This document shows positions 24,465-37,670 of a DNA stretch of 64,000 nucleotides, in pieces. The notes under the pieces are model-generated. The model searched no databases. It saw only the letters and a program-made list of their open reading frames with translations, and was not told where the DNA came from. Position 1 is the stretch's first letter. Every line of letters starts with the position of its first letter. The position numbers and the translations under genes were made by a program. This DNA comes from Euprymna scolopes (taxonomy: Eukaryota): the NCBI GenBank assembly GCA_053919585.1, contig CM132796.1; one strand, 5' to 3'.

Positions 24465-25190
24465 ATGGGGTGGTGCATTGTCATGCATAAAAATCATATG
24501 AAAGCGACGGGACAATGGTAGGTCATCTTGTCATGGTGACAAATGTTTATCTTAAAAGGCCGTGTACGCATTGCTGGTAAGTTTTACACCATCTGGAACT
24601 CGGAATGGTCCAACCACCTTATTCCCAATGATTCCCACCTACAACATGATGACTCTACCTCCTCGTTGGCGACGAACTCTGTAAGGCGTCGGAGTTCCGT
24701 TCGATGTCCAAACTTTGGCCCATCCATCCAGACCACAAAGAGTAGCACGGGTCTCATCTGTAAATAGGACACGTGGGAAATCCATTTTTATGTAATTCTG
24801 TGTCCAAGCCTTTCGTTTTTTCCCTATGTTATTTGCTCAATGGAGGCCTTGAAATAGTTTGGATGTTCCTTGCGATCAAATTGAACACATTACATCGGGC
24901 CTGCCTGAATCTTGAAGCGATTCTAACTTTTTCAAAAATGGAAGCACTGGTGCTGTTTGAGTTTCTGTTGATTTCCCTACGACTTTTCCGAATGTCACCA
25001 TGTTAAAGGTTTCTCCTGGTACCCTTATGCTTTTTGGATTTGGTGTTGAGGTTGTTTTAGAATAAAGCCAAAGTGTATGGATCCCTTTCCAGCCCCATAG
25101 CTAAATCTTTGGCGAGAAATCCTTCTGCGATTCCAACAACAATCCTTTCCTGTTCGATAACTGTTGACCGCTCCTTTCTGGCATTTATAA
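24465..25190 (-). pseudogene. Tc1/Tc3-like transposase pseudogene
   Basis: Minus-strand pieces VLFTDETRATLCGLDGWAK, RRQRGGRVIML*VGIIG and FMHDNAPP. Confidence 0.8.
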
Positions 25191-26559
25191 GACCTTCAAT
25201 AAAGCGATGGACATCATAAATTACTTGATAATATATAAAATGTCATAACTTCACGAATATCGGATGTGTTCGCATAACATTTTGGGAAATAACTAACCTT
25301 GAAACAGTCATCTGATGATACAATTTTTTTATTTTTATGTGACGTATATTTAGTTAAATATCGATATTTTACTAATCTGCAAAAGCGATGGCACTGTATA
25401 TATTTATATTTATAATGTTTTCTTTTACAAATCATATATATAGATTACTGTCTCTGAAAAAGAAAAAGGAACAAGTATATAATGGAACGATTATCAATCC
25501 ATTCCACCTGCTAAGTCCATAGGTGACATTATATGACTGATGTAATTAAGGATTTCGTGCATCTCATGTTTCGCCTACTTTATTCCACATGGTAACTCTC
25601 ATGTTTATCAAATTTCAACACTTTATTCGTTAGGAAGATATAAAATTTAACGTCATTACTGATTAACAATTCTAAATTGTTTGGTATAGGCAGCTGTTAT
25701 CCCAACCAGCTGCGTACAGAACATAACCATGAACTTAAGAAAGATTAATTGCCAATAGCGCATTGCTCTAATTTTCCAAAAGAGGCCAATGCTAAACGCA
25801 AGTCGGTCGCCAGCACTCTAACTGAATTAACTTTCACCAGGTGTGCTTACTAAGTTTATTAGAGAAAGTAGGTGCGAAAAGAAAAAAAAAATCATTCAGC
25901 ATGTGACACTTTTTGTTAGTACGAGCTACTAGTCAATAAAATTAATATTATTAAACAGACGCAAGTGCCAGGTACTAATCTATCATGATGCGTGATGCGC
26001 ATGGCTAGGACAACAGAATATTCTCAGCATTGTTTTGACTCTCGAGTATATATCCGACAGAATGATGAGACATAAGTACAAAAAAGACGATTTTAATTCG
26101 AAAGGCAATAGGATATCCTCTAAAAATGTGCTAATGCAATTAAAAGATTATAATGAAGCAAGTGCTGCACAATCTCTAGCCGCATTTCTCCTGTCAATGT
26201 AATTCTTAAATATAGAATTCAGGGAAAGATCACAATATCCGGAAGTTATGTTGGGATAAGCGAAATGAAGGCACTGAGTTATTTTGAAGTTTACTTTCTT
26301 ATTAATTATGATATAGAAACAGCTAACGCCAGGCATTAAATATATGGTAATGGGTACAATTTCTTATTTTTTGTGGTGAATTGTAGATACGTTAACTAAG
26401 ATATGTGTAAGTATTTCGAACATATTAAATTGAGAAAAACGTCGTTGCGAAATTTATATTTTGATTTAATATGATGTATTTTTATAGGTTTTCGTGATAA
26501 TACATTTATTTTATATATTAGTTTAAAGAGTGTTTTCGATCTATCTAATCATTTACATT

Positions 26560-26899
26560 ATAGTCGTTTCAGAGCGTTGAATACAAGGTAGAAAAAAAGC
26601 AAATTCTTACAGTATTCTTATTTCAATTCAAGTTAGGCCGAAAAGCTGCTTAAACAGCTTGCGATATCAACAAAGCGTTTGGCCTACGGAACGCACAACA
26701 CAATAGTGATTTCAGAAATTTCGTGGCGGCGAGGAGAGTCATTGAAGATGATAAGCGTAATAATTGGCCATCGAACATTTACAAGATCAACTAAGAGCCT
26801 TACTTGCAGCCATTTTACGCACAGCTTTTCGACAACTTGCTTCTGAATTAGACGTAACTTACACGACGATTTTCAACTACTTGGGAAAGATTAGAAAAG

Positions 26900-26902
<3 letters not shown>
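26560..26902 (+). pseudogene. Mariner transposase N-terminal (HTH) fragment ending at (TA)n
   Basis: FKLGRKAA.TACDINKAFG...QLRALL....TAFRQLASELDVTYTTIFNYLGKIRK; similar to the N-terminus encoded at 20450-20720. Confidence 0.75.
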
Positions 26903-26979
<77 letters not shown>

Positions 26980-26990
26980 TTATCAAGCCA

Positions 26991-27560
26991 CCTAGCATTT
27001 CCCGGTCGTAAAATACACTTAAATCTGATATTTTGATTAATACAGATTTCGTATTTATTATTATATTATATACAGATTTCGTATTTATTATTATATTATA
27101 TATAGCAATAGTATTATTATTATTATTATTATATTATATATAGAAATAGTATATAACACAGATTTCGTATTCATTATTATATTATATTGGACACAATATA
27201 TAGTAATAGTGTAAGAACTTAAAAAAAAACTGACTCGTGCGCCACCACCGAGAATCGAAACCAAAACATATAGGTTACAATTTACTTTTACCTTTAGCGT
27301 TATACCTGAGCTATGAAGACATATTTCTGCAAGACTAAAAATTCGAACATGGACCAAAGCTATTACGTTACACATGCATACTTATGCCGTAATTCGACCT
27401 TCACCAAGCACATTTCATTTTCTTTTATTTTCATATTTTTGCACCGATTTTCCCCGTATGAAACCAAATATAAAGTTTAGCATGCGTTCGTATATCCTAT
27501 ATATTAAGTTTCATGTCTGTAGACCAAAACTGAAAGAGGTTTTGTAGGCAACATTTTCTA
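26991..27560 (-). mobile_element. Non-autonomous Helitron with internal ~32 bp repeats
   Basis: ctagc...cccggtcgtaaaatac (a 3' end on the minus strand); the body matches 21150-21560. Confidence 0.65.
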
Positions 27561-27739
27561 AACAAATATATATATAACATTTCATGATTTTCTTGAGAGT
27601 ACAAAACTTTATTAAGGCAATCATGAAAGGAAGACATATTCCTTCGGATTCTTTTTATATTAAAAAAAAAAGACCGAGGAGAAAAGGAAAATGGATAGCG
27701 ACTAAAAAATAAAAGTAGGGAAATAGAAAAAAAAATCAA

Positions 27740-29345
27740 AACGAGTCACTTGACATGTTTCGCCCTCACTCATCCAAATTGGAATCGAGGGATTTATTTT
27801 TTTAGTAATTTTTTTTCTTTAATGATAAAATCTAAAAAAGAGACGTGGGCAATAGCAATCGTATAGGGATGAATTTTAGAGGCTGGTCACGTTCAAACCC
27901 AACAAGCAATCCTTTTGCTTACAAATGAAAGGCGTCCTAAAGCGACCGTGAACAGTCTCCAAGACTTTTAGATGATATACGGAGTGAGCTCGACTCAACA
28001 CGGAGAAGGAGTCGATGCTGAAGTTCGTTGCGCAATCCCGTGTTCCATTATAGTGGATCCATATGTGTTTACAGCGTAGGTAGGAATGTTCTATTCCTGA
28101 TTTGGCTCGGTACATGTTGTCGTATGCGAGTTACCAATTTTAAAGACGTTCGACCTACGTAGTCGGCACCGCAACCACATTTAAATGAATAAATGACATT
28201 ACCAATATGATGAGGGGGTAGACCATCTTTTTTATTGGAAGCCATTAATGGTTTTGTATTATACGCAACACGAACATTTGAAGCAAAATAACATCCCTCA
28301 ACAGTTGAACTAATTTGTTTGGTGAATTTTTCATTACTTTCCCCAACCACGGCAATCGAATATAAACCGGACATTTATCCACCATATTGGTTTTGTTCGT
28401 AAAACATCTGCTCTTTTCCTTTTGTGGTGGTTTCAATTACATCTAGAGGATACCCATTATTGGACAAAGCATCTGTAATTGTATTTAATTCATTATCCAA
28501 TTTTTCTGGTGGTCAGATCATTAGGGTACGATGTGTTAATGTCCAAATTAAATTATATTTGCACTTGTAAAGGCAGAATGATTTCGAGCGTGTATACAGC
28601 CCAGTGAATGTTGCTTTGCGATAAATCGATGTAAGGTAAATAGATGGAATTTTCGTTACCAAAACATCAAGAAATGCCAGGGTGGAATTATGTCCACTTT
28701 CATACGTATACTTTAACGCCGGATGCATACTGTTTAGTAACGAGAAAAATTCGTTTGCCTCCGAATTACTATTAAATAGTCAAAACGTGTCGTCTACATA
28801 TCTAAAATAGACCAATGGTTTTATGGGTCCGGACATTAATTTTTCCTCATAAAATCATACAAAAATGTTGGCCAATGTGGGTCCCAACACGGAGCCCATC
28901 GACAAACCATCAATTTGCATGTACATTACATCATTAAAGCTAAATGCAACGGATGTAACGGCAAATTTAATTAGTTCAACAAATATGTGTTCATTAACGG
29001 AAGGTGTTGGATGTTGGCTGCGATATAAAAAGTCAGCACAAATATCTATCGTTTCTAAAACTGGGACGCAAGTAAATAAATTGCTGATATCATACGAACA
29101 CATAAATTTATTTATTTGTACTCGTTGATTTTTGCATGAAGTCAGCAAAATGAAATGAATCTTTCAGACAGTATTTACTATAATAATTTGATACTGGCTG
29201 AAGAACTGCTGTGACGACCCTACCATAGATAGAATGGGTCTTAAGGGAATATCCGTACAAAAAATTATCCAAAACTGACCCCACATTAAGAATGGATTTT
29301 AAAAAAAAGCGTTTATATGTGGACACTTATCTGTAACATGAGTAT
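27740..29345 (-). mobile_element. Penelope-like retroelement (RT plus GIY-YIG endonuclease pseudogene)
   Basis: SYDISNLFTCVP, QIDGLSMGSVLGPTLANIF, YFRYVDDTF, LAFLDVLV, IYRKATFTGLY, and the endonuclease NVIYSFKCGCGADYVGRT..L.TRIRQH. Confidence 0.93.
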
Positions 29346-29520
29346 AGCATGAGGCCATACAGAATGTTAAGGATGATAGGACAATTATAAAGATTTGACA
29401 GATATGTGGTAATTTATTTGTCTTACTGTAAAATAAATACATAACCTAAATACTACTACTACTACTACTACTACTACTAATAATAATAATAATAATAATA
29501 ATAATATTAATAATAATAAT

Positions 29521-30640
29521 GCACTGCAGAAAGTGGATAGGAAATGAGAAAAATGATGACAATCTATCGGGTGCAACACCCGAAAGCTCACGTAGATAGG
29601 TTTTACCTAAAAAGACGGGATGGCGGAAGAGGCTTGATCTGAGTCGAAGATTGTGTATATCCGGAAATTGGTGAGTACTTAATGCTTCATGGGAGAACAT
29701 GTTGAAGGAAGTAAACAGCAATAATGCATTGGAGAACAAGAAGCATTGAAAGAGCAGAGATGATATCCAGAAAAGGTATCAAGAGGAATACCAGAACAAA
29801 GTGTTGCATGGGCAGTTCCACAAAGCTACAGAGAAACTGAAGAGAAACAAGTCATGGAATTGGCTAACGAAGGGTTATCTGAAGAAGCAGGCGAATGTAC
29901 AATAATAGCAGCCCAAGACTGATCCTATGCACAAGGGATTTGTAAAAAATAGTATATGGTGAAGATATTGACCCGAGTTGTAGAGTATTTGGTGCTGTAG
30001 AGGAAACAGTGTCCTACATTGTGTCAGAATGCCAGAAATTAATACAGACGGAATATAAGAGCTAAGACACGACAATGTTCGAAAAGTGATCCGTTGGAAA
30101 TTGTGCAAAAAATGAGGATTTGAAAGATCTGACAAATAGTCCACACGCACAAGCTTGTCAAATTTGGTGGAATCCGAGGAATGCAAGATTCTATGGGATT
30201 TTCCCATACAAACAGAACGAATACTGGAGCATAATAGGCCGGATATCACATTAGTTGAGAAGAGAAAGAAAAGCGCTTTCTGATTGGCCCGTCTTGTCCC
30301 TTTGACACTCACATTGGGAAGTGGAAAAGTGCACAATTATTCCGACTTGAAATATGAGATTGCTGGGATCTGGAAATTGAAATAAGTTGAGGTAATCCCT
30401 ATTGTAGTGGAGGCATTGGGATCGGTTACGAAAGACTTTGACAAATGGATACAAAAGTTGGATTTGGGAATAGCAGTAGAAATGTTACAAAAACCTTAGT
30501 TAGTGGGAATCGCCAGAATCATTCGGAAAGTGTTGGACATAAAATACGGGGAATAGGGTAGCTGCAATAACCAAAGACTGCCGGGTGAAGCCCGCTAATG
30601 CAGCTCATCTCCCGAGATAAAACATCAATCTTGTGAACAA
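29521..30640 (+). mobile_element. R4/Dong-clade non-LTR retrotransposon 3' part (zinc knuckle plus restriction-like endonuclease)
   Basis: KVLHGQFHK..SWNWLTKGYLKK, ETVSYIVSEC, RHDNV, KILWDFPIQTE..LEHNRPDI, YSDLKYEI, VIPIVVEALG, G.ARIIRKVL. (TAA)n lies on both sides. Confidence 0.9.
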
Positions 30641-30656
30641 CAACAACAACAACAAC

Positions 30657-30711
<55 letters not shown>

Positions 30712-30839
30712 TTTGATAAGATACTACGAATATCAATAATGAAAACAGATGAAATATTAAGGAAAACTTTTGAATGCGGAGACTAATGCATATGGGTCAG
30801 ACAACGTGCTGCACAGATAACACATGAAAAAGCGCTACA

Positions 30840-31153
30840 GAGAACCAAGAACATTGAAGGGTTGAGGAGAATGGAAAGACTAAGGAGAGAGTACTAACCA
30901 AACCTCCGCTGTACAAGTGCGAAGAGAACTAGGTCATTGATGATGCTTATTGCTACTAAAATTCCAGTGGAGACAAATGCCCCCTGCTAGCGAGAAATGA
31001 ATGGTAAGCGACTGTTGTGATAACACAAATTTATTTGCAAATGTTATAGAAAGAGGTGGAAAGTATTAGAAATCTGTGGAGATGTTTTGTCACGCTGCTT
31101 CCAGGAACACCAGAGGTTGTTTTCATGGCCTGTGTAAAAGCTCCTTGTAAGCC

Positions 31154-31203
<50 letters not shown>
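30840..31203 (+). mobile_element. Decayed retroelement tail ending in (TAA)n
   Basis: Similar to the reverse complement of 12280-12460, followed by (TAA)n. Confidence 0.45.
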
Positions 31204-31207
<4 letters not shown>

Positions 31208-31384
31208 ATATATTTCTATTTTATAACTTAGATGTCATTATTTAATAAAAATATACTTACGTTCTACAAAGAAAATAATTTAAAGATCCACATAATGCTA
31301 ATAAAGTATTAAATATAAAATATAAATACAAATAAGCGTCAGCAATTAAATTATAATTCTATAAATATCTTTTACATTTATTTA

Positions 31385-31962
31385 AGACAAGTCTGGGTGC
31401 CTGGCGATACCCCGGTGTTTGTAGGTGTCAAAACAAACAAAGGTAGTGGTAGGCAGGCAGGCTCGAAACCGCGACGCGAAGGCGGAAAAAAGTGAAAAAA
31501 AAAAAACCTGACGTCTTACCGGTACGCGATGACGCGACCAGAAGTGTAAAGCGTTCAAATTAAACGTAGTCAATCAAAAAGATGACTATCAGAAATGACG
31601 TTACTTTTAAACCTCCCACGAAGGTCTTTTTAAAAGCAGCTCACCCCAAAAAAGGGAGACATTGGCAGTATCCAAGTAAATAGTAACTGCCTCAGTAGGA
31701 AGGGGTTCCCCTACATTGACCAAGAACCAATTGCAGAGCAGATATTACCTGGGCGAAGGCCAGGCGCTAGCGGTTGCGTTTGAATAGTTTCATTCTATGC
31801 ATACGTAAAAAAACAAACAGCCTACAGGACGGGGCGGTGGGAATTTTTTAAAACGCGATAAAAAAAAACCGTGTCTGTTTGCGAATCTGAGATTTTATGA
31901 TCAAGGAAGTATAAGTAAACTTCTGGAATCGAAACGAAGCCCATTTTGCTTTTTATATATAA
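31385..31962 (-). mobile_element. Non-autonomous Helitron
   Basis: Minus strand starts TTTATATATAAAAAGCAAAATGGG and has the 3' hairpin region caccggggtatcgccaggcacccagacttgt. Confidence 0.6.
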
Positions 31963-32605
31963 ACTAGCGGGGGTACCCGACGTTGCCCGGTGTTTAGAGG
32001 CGTATGTGTGAGGGGAGTTAGGGTTAGGGTAAGGGTTATATAAACTAACGGGGACACCCGGCGTTGCCCGGGTTTTTAGAGGCGTGTGTGTGAGGGGATA
32101 GGGTAAGGGTTAAGGTTATATAAATTAGCGGTGGTACCCGGCGTTGCCCGAGTGTTTAGAGGCGTGTGTGTGAGGGGGGTTAGGGTTAGGGGTATATAAA
32201 TTAGCGGTGTACCCGGCGTTGCCCGGGTGTTTACAGGCTTGTGTGTGAGGGGATAGGGTAAGGGTTAAGGTTATATAAATTAGCGGTAGTACCCGGCGTT
32301 GCCCGGGTGTTTAGAGGCGTGTGTGTGAGGGGGGTTAGCGTTAGGGTTAGGGGTATATAAATTAGGTATGGTACCCGGCGTTGCCCGGGTGTTTAGAGGC
32401 GTGTGTGTGAGGGGGGTTAGCGTTAGGGTTAGAGGTATATAAATTAGCGGTGTACCCGGCGTTTCCCCGGTGTTTAGAGGTGTGTGTGAGGGGGGTTAGC
32501 GTTAAGGTTAGAGGTATGTAAATTAGCGGTGGTACCCGGCGTTGCCCGGGTGTAAAGAGGCATGTGTGTGCGTGGGGGGGTAGCGTTAGGTTATATAAAC
32601 CAGCG
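31963..32605 (-). repeat. Tandem array of eight ~80 bp Helitron 3'-terminal units containing TTAGGG-like repeats
   Basis: Plus-strand unit: ttagcggtggtacccggcgttgcccgggtgtttagaggcgtgtgtgtgaggggggttagggttagggttatataaa. Confidence 0.9.
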
Positions 32606-33130
32606 AATAATAACCCTGTTTAAATATTATAAAAAAAAACAATGTTAAAATTCTAAAAAAATATATATCAGGGAAACAAACAAACAAAAAAAAAACATTT
32701 AAAAAAAAACGAACATGATGTAATAGGAATGGTATGACGGTGCCCGGGTCTTTAAAAAACACACAAAAAATGGGGTGGGGAGATAGGATCGAAATCGAAT
32801 CTTAGAGGCGAAAGCGAAAAAGAAAAAGCGTGACGACTTAATTAAAAAAGTGAATTAGGTCAAACATCATATCCGCAGTTAAACTTGTTTTTGTTTTGCT
32901 TCTCCAAGATGTTGGGTTCAAAACCATTTCCCCATAAAAAATGGAAGTGTCCAAATGAAAGCAATTGTCTGATATGACGGTTTCTATCGTATCGATCAAA
33001 AGCTGATGTCTTTCTGGACGTTCCGGCGCGAAAGCCGAGAAAAAACACCGTTTCAATTTAGTTTCACTTTATTTATACTAAAAAACCGAACAAACAGACG
33101 ACACAGCGAAATAGTGCGAATTTTATAAAA
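32606..33130 (-). mobile_element. Helitron body upstream of the 3'-end array
   Basis: Contains the same tRNA-like segment (aggatcgaaatcgaatcttagaggcgaaagcg) found in the other Helitron copies. Confidence 0.5.
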
Positions 33131-33190
33131 CTCGATTTAAATAAATGTAGACGCGACACGCGTTTGCAAATCGTAGATATTATGATTTAG

Positions 33191-33276
33191 ACTAAGAAAT
33201 GGTACCCCCCCCCGAGAAGCCCGGCAAAAAAGCCTTTCTTGGATATACAAAAATTCTCGTGCATGCGCGTTTTGCC

Positions 33277-33280
<4 letters not shown>
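33191..33280 (-). mobile_element. Possible ~90 bp mini-Helitron
   Basis: Minus strand reads (TA)n-ataggcaaaacgcgcatgc...gccgggcttctcggg...gtaccatttcTTAGT. Confidence 0.35.
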
Positions 33281-33354
<74 letters not shown>

Positions 33355-34404
33355 AATATATTTCACCGATTCTAAAAAGAGGAGAGGATCTCCTCCACAG
33401 TGAGCACATAATCCTAGGAGAATGGTATTTTGTGAAACTATCTTATATTACACTCAAACAAGTTGGTAATGCTTTGAAGGGATTCATCATATAAAATGAA
33501 AATATAATACTCTAATCCCAACGGAGGAAGTCGAGCCTTAGAGAGTTCTTCCCTACAACAAGAAGACGATAATGCCTGGCGGTCCCCCCCCTATAAAAGA
33601 AGAGGTAATTTCCAGTAGGATATTATCATAATAAAACTGATACTATTCTACAAACACTTAAAAAAAAATAAGGGGGAAATACTTGAGCGTATCCCCCATA
33701 AAATTGGAAATTAATGCGCAATATGATATCAAGACAGCTAAACGAATATCATCCTATCCTCATCCCAGAAAAAAAAACATAATCTCTGGGAATATAGTCT
33801 CATGAAAGCAAAAGTGATAACATATTAAACCCTCTCTAAGGAAGGGGGATTATATTGGAATATTCCCCTACGCATTATTTAGACTCATCATCAACAGCAT
33901 CATTACCGTCCATTTCCCTGTTTGCGTGGTTTGGACAAGTTTGCCTGATGGCTCCTTTAGAGGCCTCTCAGTTTGGAACTAAATCAGGTCGTAATTTCAA
34001 CTTCATGACATCTGCTGACTGGATTTGCATTATTCATCATGGAAGAAAGAAGGTTATTTCTAGGAGGACGGTCTTATGACAACAGAATGGATGCGTCATC
34101 ACTTACCTTCATTAGAAGATAATACCGTTATGGGTGGCGTAAAACTGTTATGATTTCTCATTTAAAAAGTGACAAGGTAATTCTGGAGATGACGGTATTA
34201 CAACAAGAGTACTAATACTACGCTATTAATTCCCATTGAAAGTTATTTCGTTTAAATCTACTTTCGTTTTCATTCATTTCAAAATGTAATCACAAAAAAT
34301 TAGATTTTAAGGTTTCTTAGCGGTTGATGATTATTAATCATGTCTGCATTTTACAGACATCACAGCAACACCATGTAAATAATCTCCTTTGAAAATTAAA
34401 TTAT

Positions 34405-34720
34405 ATTTTTTTTTTTACAGGGCGGTAACCAATTATCAATGCTCAAAGACCACACGAGATAAGAGATAATGAGTGTGCGGTTGTTGTCGAGACAAATGCA
34501 TTCTGATAGCTTGTCGTGGAGGTTGGGTAGAATTTAATCATTCATTTATCAGGAATTTGTTTATATTGAAATTGAAGACGACTATATATATTCAGATGGG
34601 AAGAAGGCCAGCGAAACAGAGATACACAAATACGCTTTGTTCGTGAAAGTTGGGTTTAGACCAAGGCGTAGTGTGGGGGAAATTGTTGATAAGTATTTAT
34701 AGCTAGGTGAGTGCATTTAG
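34405..34720 (-). mobile_element. Diverged family A LINE 3' fragment
   Basis: T-run, accaattatcaa...gataagag and caggaatttgtttatattg, matching other family A copies. Confidence 0.65.
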
Positions 34721-34904
34721 TGAAAGTTATGCAGGGAGAAATCATGGATTCAAGCTTAGACGCGCACCTTTCGGGAAAGTAAAACCGCTATATTTTTATT
34801 ACATCGCTTTAATAAATTTGTATCATAATTATAATAATATTACTATCGGCAAAACGATTGTGCATATAAAAAAAAAAAAACTTCATCAATCAAATAATTT
34901 ATCA

Positions 34905-35530
34905 CCCGATGTACTCAGCGTTGTCCGGTATCAAATGTAACGTTAAATATCTTAAGAATAAAGTAAATAAAAACCGCGAGAAGCTGAAACATGTGCGTGC
35001 GGGTATTATATAAGTTAACTTCTTGTAAGTAAAAAGAATATACTAGTTGAGATCGAAACCAAAACCTTAAGATACAGAGTCAATACGATAGCCATTACAC
35101 CAGCTTGTCATGCTCTTTAAAAGTGTCATCCCCTTAAGTAATTCTGTTTGACAAATTTCCACTACTAACGATGACTACGACATGTTCCCCTTGACAACTG
35201 TACACTCATTAACTCTTATCCTTGTATGGCCTCCGGGTCTTGATAAGTGGTGACTCCTTTGTAAAAAAAAAAGAAAATATGTGCTTTAAAACCCGTGAAA
35301 GAAGTTGACAAACACATAAAAATCTGATGACCCCCCAAGAACCAATTTTTCATTTTTTGATCAGTTAGCAGCTTGTTTTTCCAGATAAAAGTCAAATAAT
35401 TTCTTTTACATGTCTGAACATGCTATAAATCAAGTTTCAAGGGTGTAGATCAAAATTCCATTGCGTATATAGGTTGAGAAATGTCCTCAGACACACATTC
35501 TCATTTTTATAGCCATGTAGACTGCGCAGC
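34905..35530 (-). mobile_element. Non-autonomous Helitron with a nested LINE fragment
   Basis: 3' end actcagcgttgtccgg; the body is colinear with 36287-36900. Confidence 0.6.
35128..35272 (+). mobile_element. Family A LINE extreme 3' end inserted in a Helitron
   Basis: actgtacactcattaactcttatcc...gggtcttgataagtggtgactcctttgt followed by an A-run. Confidence 0.8.
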
Positions 35531-36286
35531 AAATGTAGTATAGCTAAAGTTGTTTATGGGTGTAAGGGAATTACCCTATATACACTATATTAAAACATTA
35601 TGTTGTATACTTAAATTAAGTAAGCATAACCTATTTATATCTTAATGTATTAATATAGATTGAAACAAATATTAATTTCGATATATGTATGTATGATTTT
35701 TAAAAAGCCATTTGTATTCCTCTATAATTAAATTGTCGTATTTCAGGTATCGCACTAGTATCTGCAATTCAATTAATGCTGGTGCTAAAATAGACGCAAG
35801 CGGCTTTATTATTTATAACATCTACTGCCTTCAGTCAGGATTATGAGTAGTTATCTAATCTTGCAAACAGGCGTAGGTTCAGTACGCATTTGCTTTTTAA
35901 AACAGCCACATTATATAGCGCATTGGGTAAACAATGTGCCAATAATAATAATAATAACTACGCTTCTATACCGCTTGAGAAATTCAGTTGAATAAATGTA
36001 TTTTAGTTTGTTTATGCGCCTTTTCTTGCGGCTACAGACCAAATAATGGACAAATAAGAATGCAATAAAAGAGATAAAGAAATTAATTGGAAGGAAATAT
36101 TCAGTGAAACATTTAAGAAAATNNNNNNNNNNNNNNNNNNNNNNNNNNNNNNNNNNNNNNNNNNNNNNNNNNNNNNNNNNNNNNNNNNNNNNNNNNNNNN
36201 NNNNNNNNNNNNNNNNNNNNNNNNNNNNNNNNNNNNNNNNNNNNNNNNNNNNNNNNNNNNNNNGTCGGGTGATGGTTATCTTATCA

Positions 36287-36900
36287 CTAGCAAATCACCC
36301 GGCGTTGCCCGGTCGTAAAATCCTCACAAATAATGAATTTTAGTTAGTGCAGAGTCCCTATTTATTTTAAACACAAATGCCGTAGGTATTAAATGCAACG
36401 TAAAATTCCTTTAAGAATGAAGTAAAAAAAAAAAAACAGGAAAAAAATGGAAAGAAACTGAGATATGAACATGCGAGTATTATCTTTTTTTTTAATTTTC
36501 TAAACAGTTCACTTCTTGCGAGTAAAAAAAAAAAAGTTCGAACTGAGATCAAAACCCAAACATAAAACAGTAAGTAAAGTACAATTACAATGGCTAGCGT
36601 GGCACACTCTTTAAAAAGGTGTTTTCAAACCAACTTATACTCAACATAAAGAATGTATGATATGAAGCATTTGCGAATGCGCAATTGTGAAACAGCAAAC
36701 AGAAAAATCGGACTACTCCTAAGTACTAATTTTCCTATTAGGGCCACTTTAGAAACTTTTTTTCCGGATGAAAACGGATTAAAAAATTTTCCATCTGTAT
36801 GAACAAACAATACATCAACATTTCAAGTCTGTAGATGATAAATTCATTGAGTATATGGGTTGAGAAGCGTCCTCACACACATTCTCACTCGTATAGAATA
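36287..36900 (-). mobile_element. Non-autonomous Helitron
   Basis: A|CTAGcaaatcacccggcgttgcccggtcgtaaaa is the reverse complement of a canonical 3' hairpin plus CTAG. Confidence 0.75.
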
Positions 36901-37214
36901 TAAGATAATAAGGTTTCATGCATGCCTATCAGCGAAACTACGTCACTTTCCTAAGAATTACTACAGAATATTACCACCTATTAGTTTTTAGATGAGGACG
37001 TCACGCCCATATCGTTTTCTACGTTAGTTGCTCTGTCGGTTCTTTTTCATTTTTAAAAATAAGGAGGGAAGATTGGTAACGTGACAACTGATTCTTAAAT
37101 TACTAGTACAACTGAATGCCGAAAATGTTTCAGTTTTTGTTGAAAATCTGGTATCTTTTTCAGATAAATATCTATTATAATAAATTCTTACTCTTGACTA
37201 TTTGTTTATTCACA

Positions 37215-37670
37215 TTTTTTTTACACAGTGATCACCACATATCAAGCCCCGGAAGCCACTCAGGGATAAGGGTTATTGCAAGTACATTACGTTAGTGTGG
37301 AGATTTGATGAAGTGTTTATTTAAGGGGGCGGTTCATTAGGAATTTGTTAACATTGGATTTGAAGACATCCAAGTTGTAGTCCGGTGGGAAGCAGGCAGA
37401 CGGAACAGAGTTCTACAGGCGTGCAGTTCTAAGAAAGAAGCTTTGTTCATGGAATCCGCGTTTTGATTTAGGCACAGATATAGAGTGGGGGAAATTTTTC
37501 ACAGTGGATTCAGCTAGACGCGTGTTTTTCGTGAAAGATTGGCGAGGGGGGGACCAGAGATTGGAGTTCAGACGAGCACTTGCCATGGAAATAACGATAA
37601 AACAAGGATAGGCTCGCAACGTCTCTTCTGTGGGAGAGAGGTTGCAATGTAGAGAAAAGGGCATCATCCC
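37215..37670 (-). mobile_element. CR1/L2-group LINE 3' fragment (family A)
   Basis: Family A tail; the ORF at 37413-37667 resembles the one at 56546-56746. Confidence 0.88.

Noticed and set aside
31963-32605. True or interstitial telomere
   Set aside because: There are only 2-3 degenerate TTAGGG units per 80 bp monomer, embedded in Helitron terminal sequence.
33885-34170. SINE 3' tail (also 42720-42850)
   Set aside because: It resembles a SINE/RTE-like tail but is too decayed to delimit or classify.
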